A DNA stretch of 64,000 nt from Chrysomallon squamiferum (lineage: Eukaryota; Animalia; Mollusca). The stretch lies in NCBI GenBank assembly GCA_012295275.1, contig CM022673.1, forward strand, positions 248,001 through 312,000, read 5' to 3'. The notes under the pieces are model-generated. The model worked only from the letters and a program-made list of their open reading frames with translations, was not told where the DNA came from and did not search any database. Position 1 is the first letter of the stretch; each line of letters begins with the position of its first letter. Shown one piece after another: positions 54,551 to 64,000 of the stretch. The position numbers and the translations under genes are program-made.

Positions 54551-57500
54551 TCATGATAATTTTTTCAACAGTTGCATGGTTTTTCTGGCCTTCATTTTCA
54601 CTTTATCATTAATCTCTTCTTGACTACAGTGTTTGTCTACTGCTGATAACAGCTTCTTCAAATCAGAATGACAGTCTGTGAAAGTGCACAAATTCTGAAT
54701 GATCTTCAGGCAGATGAGAATGTCATCATTTCCTGTAATATCTTTTTCAAGAATGTTTGCAAGTATTTGCATAATGTCCTCTTCTAAAATCTGTTTAATG
54801 CAAAAAAAGATAGCTACCAATAATAAAATAAAAATATCTTATTAAATGTAATTTGTTGATAAAAAATATTTGAAAAACAATAGTAATAAAACTGCTTTAA
54901 AAAATGTAATTATGTAGCACACATTTATTAGCTATTTTTTAGTAAATAAATGGTACACTGTATCAGACTAGTATTCTTTGTTTTTGTTGGATACTACCAA
55001 TGCAGTCCTCAATGGTATAAAATAAATAAAAATTATTAATTGGTCTTGTGTGCAATATGTATTTTATTCTTTTAGTTAGATCATGTGTTTTATAGATAAA
55101 AATTTTAAAATATTTTAATCAGACATACTTAAGTTCTTTTTTCTGAAAAGTGAAGAAATTAATAAATAACAATAATAAAATGACTAACAATGTAAAATTT
55201 TTAAAATAATTAGTATGTACAAGCCATAACATATATCAACAGAACCTGTATGTTGTTTTGAATATCTGAATTTTCTATAAAGTGCTAGGAATTAAAAAAA
55301 TACTAATAATAAAATGCCTGAAAATGTTAAACAAAAACTGCACATCCAAGACCACTCAATACACTAGGTTATACATCTTAATGGTCTTACCTGAAGAATT
55401 TGATTGGATTCTAGGCTAAATGAACTGAAAGCCAAAAGAAGTTGATGAAGGGTTAACTTCACATTGAACTGGCCCTGGAATATGTAATTATTCCTCTTGT
55501 CCATTGCAACCTTTTTCAGCCATGATGTAATGAGACCAAGAGTTTCTTAAAAATAATTATAGTAAAATAATTATTTGAATTTGATCCTTTTCATCAAAAA
55601 CAATTAAAATATTTGTAATATAGAGGAAATTAGAAACACATAAGATAATTTGTTTTAGAATAAAACAATATACTTAAATAGATAAAAACAACAACCTCAG
55701 CCATGTGTAATGATGTCATTTCCTACAAGGAAATATGGAATAATCCATAAAGGAATGAGCTGGATCATTATAATCTTATTGCTTGAGTTTGTCCAAAACA
55801 CTTTTACATCAGAAAACCTAAAATCTTGGCATAGAGGCATCCAGATAACTTGTTATTTTATTGCAATTTTCTGTTGTAAAGCCTATTACGTGTAAATAAA
55901 ACAACTTAGGAGGGCAAAGCATCTATTTTGGCTATTTGTTCATTCTGTCAAAGAGCAGAAAATGTTGTATTGTATTGATGTATTTCCTGTTATATGTGAC
56001 AAAATGCAATTTGAGACTGTTTTATGATTGAACAGTTAATCAAACTTACTATCAGAATGAAACACTGAAAAATCATTGGGATCATTTTCACTAATCTCCA
56101 AAAGGCTTATCATCACCTCAAGTCCACCATATTTCAGGATCTAAATGATAAAAATAAAAATGGAATGCTAAAATTTAATAAAAAGAAATTAAAAATATTT
56201 GAAGTCCAACTTCAAAGTATTCCCCTGTACATAGATTTTTTAATTTTTAATAAATATCTTTCTGTTATGATGAAGATTTTTCTTTTGCATAACATGGATT
56301 GGTAATAAAAAAGTATAATGTAACACAGTTACAGTATATCATACAAATGTACAAAATAAAAGTTAAAGTTAAGCATATGGCAGAACTTTTTATTCTCACT
56401 GAACAATCAGTATGAATTGTTTTAAATATTTAATGATTTTATAACATCTGGCTTCTCTTTGAGTATTACAGTCTTCACTTTATGTCTGGTATTTGTATTT
56501 ATTTATATTTTGATATTAAAAAGCATTTTCATATTATTCCAGTTACTGTCTTTTCAAATTTTGAAGAAAAAATGTAAAATATATTCTGTGGCCAGCTGTT
56601 CTGAAGTCAACAATTTAATAATAAAATCAAAATTAAAATTCATGTTCATATTTTTGGGCTTTGATTGAATTTATGATGTCATCTTTGCTCAGTTGTGATA
56701 GTGCTACAGCCTTCAATTTCATTCAGCTGGCAGCAATCATATTACTCAAACCTTTGCCAGAATGGCATATAATCTGCATGCTCATTAGAACTAATAAATG
56801 TTTACAAAACATATTATTACCATGAATATTAATGATTATTTTTAATTTAAAAAAAAAAAATGAAATTATGACAGTAACTTGTAGTAAAAGAAAAACCCCA
56901 AAACAATAATGATAATGTGAAAAATGATGTTTATTTATGTATAAAACAAATTGATATTGCACAATGAAAACAGTTTTACCTTTTCTTGACTAAATTCATG
57001 CAAAGCAATCATATTAATTAGCTTTTTCATATGATTTAAAGGTAATGAAACATCAAATTCACCAATAGTTTCAGTGTGGACATGACTCTCTATAGTACTG
57101 GCTTTTACAATCCATTTCAGCAACAAAGATTCCACATCTTTAAAATAAAAAAATATAAATAATTTATTTTAAAAATGTGACCTGGAAATAAAACAAAAAT
57201 GTTTAATTTTTATGTTTTTTATTATTTAAAAACAAAATATAGGATTTAATACTATTTTTTTTTTTTACATTATGTGTTGGTTAATATATTTCTTACTAAA
57301 GTATTAAAGGAAGTCATTTAAATTTTCTTATTTTTAGCAGTAATACTACTTACTGATTGTCAGATTTCTTGGAATGTCTAAGGGCTTAGTAAAAGAAAAT
57401 GTTTTCCCAACTTTGTGGAATAATTGCCTAAGTTTGTCAAATGAATCTGATAAAAACTGAAAAAAAACAACCAATAAATAATAATTAAAAAAAACATAAA

Positions 57501-60500
57501 CAAAAACAGTAACAGTAACAAAACTTTGGTATGACAATGAACAAATATTAAAGCATTCTTGATGCTCTCCAGAAATACAGCTATAATATTTTTTAATTTG
57601 TAGAAAACTAGTAACCAGTTACAGAATAATACACTAAAATAACAGGTTTGTGAGGATGATATTTTTCTTTTCTCATGAAGTCTTTTTATACTGAAAATCA
57701 TTGGTAAATTGATGTGGTTACTTTACAGTGGACTACTCTGTAATCAAAAAAAAAAAAAAAAAAATAGAACCCCCCAAATATTTAATGTTTCTTTCAAAAT
57801 GATTTTATAATATAAAAGAAAAATATCAGCAGTATTATTGTACTGTAACACTTCATTTTCACATTCAGCATCAACACATATATGATTCTGTCAAGATTAA
57901 AAAGAAGGGATTCAGAATTGTGACAGTAATAATGAACTGTGAATGAGAAACACTCAGTGAGAAAAATACCAACCAAATCTTTGACATCAGACTCTAGCAA
58001 GATGTGTCTGATGATTCCATCTTCCTCTTTGTAGGACAATGTAATCTGATTGTTGTTACTGAGGCTTGTTCGAAGTAGGAATGTCCCAGCAGGTTGTAGT
58101 TCCAGTAGATCATTTGCATCATCATATGATAAAGTATCATGGAAATAGGCCAAATCACAAACATCCTTATTCTTACCATCTGTGCATAAAAAATATTTTA
58201 TGACTTGAGCATTTGCTGGTTTAAGAAAATATACCAGATTTTACTTTAATATAAATTATGAAGTTATTTCATCAGATCTAAAATTAACACTGAATGGCTT
58301 CCAATTTTAAAAAGCTATTTTAACACTGTTTCTTTCGTCAACAAATGAAGAGTTTTTGTCTATAAAAGTGAAAATATAATTAATTAAATTTAATATAAAA
58401 GATTTCATTAATTTGGAAAATATAGTTTTTCTCTATACAAATTATAATGTTTAGCCCAGACTTATGTTTACACTGTGATTAGTTAATGCACATAATTACT
58501 ATTACCAATTTTCTTCAAATATATATTTTTAATACTGATGAAATAAAAAAATAAGTCAAACAATTACTATTGCTTTTCATCTTTCAGTGAAATATAATAT
58601 TTAATAACTATTGCAATAATTGTAAACAGAAGGCTGAGTAACAACAACAATCATAGAAGAAATACCCTGTAAAACTAGACAAATAAACTGAAAATAATAA
58701 TACCAAAATTTTACCCCTTAAATTTGTAACATTTTAGAAATGTAGTATTTAGAGATTTAAAAAATTACATAGTGACAATAAAATGCTTTACAATCCTATA
58801 AAAATAACACAAAATATAAGTAAAAGAGCGTACCAGAATAAACCAGTTTGTAAATCAAAGCAGACACAAATCTGGTTTCAGAATCATATGTGTCCTTCAT
58901 CAAATATTTCAAAGTCTGCTGATCTTTTATGCTGAAAGTCTATTAAAAAATAATTAGAAATAAAATAAAATAAAATATCTAGAAATGTCCACATAATTAA
59001 ACCTATGACAGTTAAAATAACAAATTGAATCAATCAAAGCAAATGAATATTATAATTTATTTTTAAAGTAGTAAAATAATTTAAAATTCAAACATTTAGG
59101 GATAAAAGAAGGAATCAATCTTACTGCAATGACACTATGAAGATAGTGGTTTGAGTGATTTTGTTATATGTCTTTGATAATTTAAATTTATTATTTTCAA
59201 ACACTGATGATTCAAATAATTATTTGCAAAATGCCCCACCATTCCATTTCATTAATTTTTTTTCTTCTTTTTCTGAACCACATGATAATTTATGGACAAT
59301 TAATATTTATTTACTTGAATAAAATATTCATTGTCCAAAATGTTTTGTATTAAATTCAATATTATGAAAATTGCTTTGAATACTGAGAATTAAAAACTAA
59401 TGATAGATAAAGACTTGATGTTTTATTTATTTATAATTGTGCATATTCTTTCTTACTTTTTTCCCCACCCCAAATATGAATGCATAAATAAATTATTAAG
59501 GAGCCGTTTCATACTTTGATATTAAATACAACTGTCTAACCTCTTTCTTTCGAGATAACAGCAGATATATGAACAGTCCATTAAGCACTGCTAAATGGGA
59601 ACAGTGGATGGTAATTTTATCTTTGCTGCCTCCTGGTTTTTCTATCTGAAAGCTCAAGCTCATTGTGTTGGTGTACATGAATTTTGTATCAAGACAACTT
59701 AGAAGAAAGTTATAACATTGGCCAGCTAAAAAATTACAAAAAGATATGAATAATAACTTTTTTTTTTTAAAAATAATCACAATTAAGCTTCACTGATTAT
59801 AATTGTAAATTATTTGTGGTTTAATTTTATTAGTGACCATAATGCCACTGGGATAAGTACAGTTCTTTTGTATGCATTTGCATACAAATATAAAATTAGG
59901 AAGAAATCACATATGAATCTATGCTATGTGACAAAGTTTTAACAAAGTTGTAATGCTACAAAGATAAATAAAAGAAATCTTTGAACAAATAAATAAACAT
60001 TAAATTAAATAAAGAAATAAATAAAATAAAGCAATAGGAATTAAATAACAATTCTTCTAAAGTCATATAATAAAAGATATGAGTTATATAAAAAAAGAAG
60101 AAAGGTAAATTTTAAAAACATTGCTTATTATGATAAAAGAAATTTACAAATATCAATTGAATCATTTTTAGTACTGCCTAATAGCTGAGAGATTAATATA
60201 AAAAATAAACAAATACAAACCATTCAATGCTAGTCGCTGAAAACAAATCATGGCCTCTTTCTTTTCTTCTAGATAACCAGTTTCCAAAATATTCACAATA
60301 AAAGCCAAAGCTTTCAGTGATAGTAACTACAAAGAGTAACATCAAGTTAAAAAAATTAATCTATTATAACAATGAATTTAATTATGCTGTTAATACAAGT
60401 CTTTGATAATGTGAACAAACATCCTAGATCACATCAGTATGATTGATGTATCTGTTTTACACATCAATTAACCTTTGCTAATAATAAAATATGATTTCCA

Positions 60501-62843
60501 ATAGAATAAAAAACATATAAGAAAGTCTTGTGACAATAGTAATAATAATTTTTTATTAATGAGTTATTAATGTTTTACTAACAACCTGTTCTGAGCAAAA
60601 ACTTACATTCTGACTTATTTCATGTGAAAAAGCCAACGAACTGAGAGTTTTCACAATGTCTGACACACAAATGCACCATTTACAATTGAAACATCCAATA
60701 TTGACATTTCTGTTCTCACTTTTCATGGCATCCATAAGCCAAACAAGTAACCACCAAAATGATTCCACTTCTGCAATATATTAAAAGAATAAGATATTTA
60801 AATATATCTTAAAGCACACAAAAAAAAAAAAGAAAAAAGAACTAACTAAATAAATAAACTGTTTTTAAGTCACCAAATATATTGCTTAGTTGTGTATAAA
60901 ATTTTGGTGAATTCATACCTAGAGTTTTAAGAGGATCCACTTAATATTTTTCAATGAATCTTTTACATGCTTTTTTAAGAAAGAAGAGCAGCAACTTTAA
61001 GATCTTTGATACACTAATCTTATGAGCTTGTTTGGAATAGTAAACAGCTATAGAGACCACAGTAGGAATTAATCCTGCATTAGACAGATGAATCTACATT
61101 ATGATTTTCTGTTCTAGTAAATGTTCTGTTTCTTTACATTATAAAGTTCATATACAAATGGTGCTACTACATTAATTATAATAATAATAAAAATAATCTT
61201 TATTCAACATTTTAAAAACAAATAGACTCTAGTTTCTAAGTCTTCTGTAGTTCATATGGAATATTAAAATATCCCAACACAAATAAATTTACTACTGGAC
61301 TTATGTACACTGTAAACAAAATGTGAGGCATAATCTACATATATTAATACAGTAAATGAAAAACAATATATTTTTATATTCTTCCTGATAACAAACCAAT
61401 ATTAATCTTGATAATGATGCTATTTTTCAGATATCAAATCTTAGCCTGACACAGCTTATCAAATTAAATTGTACCTATTATGGTAAATAAAATAGAAGCA
61501 TTTATTTTTTTATGGATACATACAATGATTTAATTTTCAATTTTTTTTTTTTATTGTGGCTTATAATAAATTATAAAAACAGTATAACAAGTTTGTGAGC
61601 ACTGATAGTACATTTAAATATGATTCCAGTGAAAATACCATTTTCAATCAGAGAAATGAGATTGATGAGCACTCTGTAATTCTGAATTGATAGTCCACAA
61701 ATAATGACAGCCTTTGCTTTTGTCCAAGCTTTCTTGCACTGCTTCAAAGTTAATGAAACTAACTATAAAAAATAAAAAAATTTAATAATAACCATAAAAT
61801 AAATAAATAAATAAAGAAAGAAAGAAAGAATGAAAGAAAGAAATGACAGAAAAAAATGAAATAAAATTTTATTAAAAAAGTAAGTAAATTAAATTTAAAC
61901 AAACTTGTTAAATAATTATTTATTTTTTCCAGCTTGTCATATTAACACATCATAGCTTATATCATCAGTATAAAACAATTCAAACCAAATGAGATATACT
62001 AAAATTGAAACAATAGAATAAAACAAATCTGTCTGTAAAACAGCTGTAAACAAAAGATCATGCATTTTAAGTTTTTGACATTGAATATTTTTGTTAATAA
62101 ACATCAGATTAATAATGCAATGTACTTATAATCAATTAAACAAGGTTTACTATTGAGAATACTGAAGGATCAAGTTCACCCCAATAATCATGAAAAAAAC
62201 GGAAGATGGTCTTACAGCATGAACAAATTATTAAAGATGTCACAGCATATTTTAAATTTAACAGTTACTAGGTGTCAAAAATAAAGTTTTTATTTAATTT
62301 ATATTTTCCAGCACTGACTTGAGAAGAAACAAGATTAATACAGATAAAATATCTTGAAAATATTCATTTTAATTTCTTAACTCAATACTGACATTTTTAG
62401 TTAACTTAATTTTATTATTCACCTTTATACCAGTTTCATCTTGCAGGTAATATTTGCCATTTTCTGTCTTATGTAAACTCCACAAAAGCTGAATAATGCA
62501 ATCATCTAAAAACTGCAACAAATATTACAATAAAGTAGTTTGAATAATAAATAATTTATTTGGGGGAAAAGCTCTTTTAAAACACAATAAGAAAACAGAC
62601 ACAAAGAAAAATCCCAACAAACCAAGAAAGTAAAAATCACAAAAACATAAACAAAAAAAAAAAAACCCAAAACAACCTCACAACCCCATGAAACAAACAT
62701 TTGCAATGTTTTATTCTTCTAAGTAAAGAAAAAAAAAATCTTCATATTCTTTTATTAGTTATTTTTTATTGTCATATGTCACAATATCCAAAAACAATAA
62801 AACAATAATACAAAGTATATTTAGGCCACTGGTATTTTAAAAT

Positions 62844-62884
<41 letters not shown>

Positions 62885-63657
62885 CTATTTTCATTAATTA
62901 TCTAAAATTTCTTTTTTTCCCTTTGAAAACAATTAATAACATAGAATTGAATTTTATATTGTGTTCTTTAATAAAGAAAGTACAATAATCTACCTCACAT
63001 TTGCTTAGAACTTCCATAAAAACATCAGGAATATCATCTGTCATAAATGGCTGCAATGAAAAGGGAAGAAATAAAGAAATACTTGACTTTAACCATTTAC
63101 TACATAATTTACACAGTATTTTAAATCTGATTACAAATGAATGAATGCTTTAAAAATATATTTCAATAGTTTTTGCATTTCCTAATGTAATGATGATGTC
63201 AGAAAAAAAAAAAAATAATAAAAAAAATAAGCAACACACCTAATTGCATGGAAAACATTATTGCAATTAACTTATTGTTTCCAAATGCAAGTTATTTGAA
63301 AGTGGCAGAGATATCACAATTTTTTTTTTTTTTTTTTTTGTTTCTCAATGTACACTACATTTATTTCTGTTAATGTTTCAACATGGTATAATAACCCATA
63401 ATTCATGATCCTGAATTACCAGATATGGATTAAGTCAAGTCAAGTTGAAACACTATGGCAATTAACATCCAAGTTTTCTGTCATTTACATTATTAGTATC
63501 CAGTTGTAAAAATAATTGCAATCAGTTTTTACCTTTATAAGATTTTCATGTAGTGGAACATAAACTGCCAAAACATTTATTAGATTTGCAGCACACATCA
63601 TGGCTGTCTCTTGTTTATTTGAAGAATTTACATGCTTGAGCCACCAAACAGCTTTCT
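54551..63657 (-). CDS. Uncharacterised protein with armadillo/HEAT-like repeats and an internal SH2 domain (5'-partial, continues beyond the window)
   Basis: Fourteen phase-compatible GT-AG exons: 63657-63533, 63050-62994, 62512-62423, 61762-61639, 60770-60586, 60326-60221, 59725-59541, 58939-58834, 58179-57974, 57456-57354, 57137-56980, 56140-56050, 55545-55391, 54790-54551 (TGA). They give one open frame of ~640 codons. SH2: YFHDTLSYDDANDLLELQPAGTFLLRTS...ITLSYK...IRHILL...FTKPL. ARM-like segments: LLSLKALAFIVNILETGYLEEKKEAMICFQRLA, ILKYGGLEVMISLL, ILEEDIMQILANIL...CLKIIQNL. Confidence 0.8.
57375..58150 (-). other. SH2 domain coding region (split over exons 58179-57974 and 57456-57354)
   Basis: GTFLLRTS matches the SH2 FLVRES signature with Arg betaB5 intact. 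YFH matches the betaA WYH motif, RHI supplies His betaD4, and the domain ends in KPL. Confidence 0.85.
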
Positions 63658-64000
63658 CTGTATTTAGAAAAAGGGTATATTATTTGGCAGTTTGATTTCG
63701 AATAAGTGTGTTATTACTAATATCTAATTTAAACTTTATTTGTGAAAAATTACACTTAATTTTACTTTTCAATATTATTAAAATTTTAAATGTTTTTTCT
63801 TCTTTTTTTCAATTTTTTTTACACACTGAAATTTGTCTTTCAGTTGATCTCTCTCTCTATATATAAAGAAAAGATATACAAAATTAATAATAATAATAAT
63901 TAAAAAAAACAACAACAGATAAACAAACAAATAAATTAAAATATCCATAATTGCACATGTTCAATAAGGAGTTAGTAATCTTGTTGACTATTATATATTT

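Overview
AT-rich, microsatellite-dense eukaryotic DNA with GT-AG introns, from an invertebrate animal (lophotrochozoan/mollusc-like is my inference). I reconstructed three spliced genes by hand, with consistent intron phases. (1) Kinesin-2 KIF17/OSM-3 on the minus strand (CDS 34892->21715, 17 coding exons, ~881 aa). (2) Head-to-head with it, the proteasome subunit PSMD2/Rpn1 on the plus strand (36922->50414, 22 exons, ~901 aa); its last intron is minor-spliceosome (U12) type. (3) The 3' part of an uncharacterised minus-strand gene (14 exons, ~640 aa in window, 5' end beyond 64000) with an SH2 domain between armadillo/HEAT-like repeats. The otherwise gene-poor first 17 kb hold an isolated terminal exon (11230-11525) that looks like a neuropeptide precursor: RQKR, then a 46-aa Cys-x8-Cys peptide, then GKR. 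The best novelty candidates are this peptide and the ARM-SH2-ARM protein. The shared KIF17/PSMD2 promoter has an RFX X-box on the KIF17 side and an Nrf/CncC ARE on the PSMD2 side. Most ORFs in the supplied track are microsatellite or low-complexity artefacts. No searches were run; homology calls are from remembered motifs.
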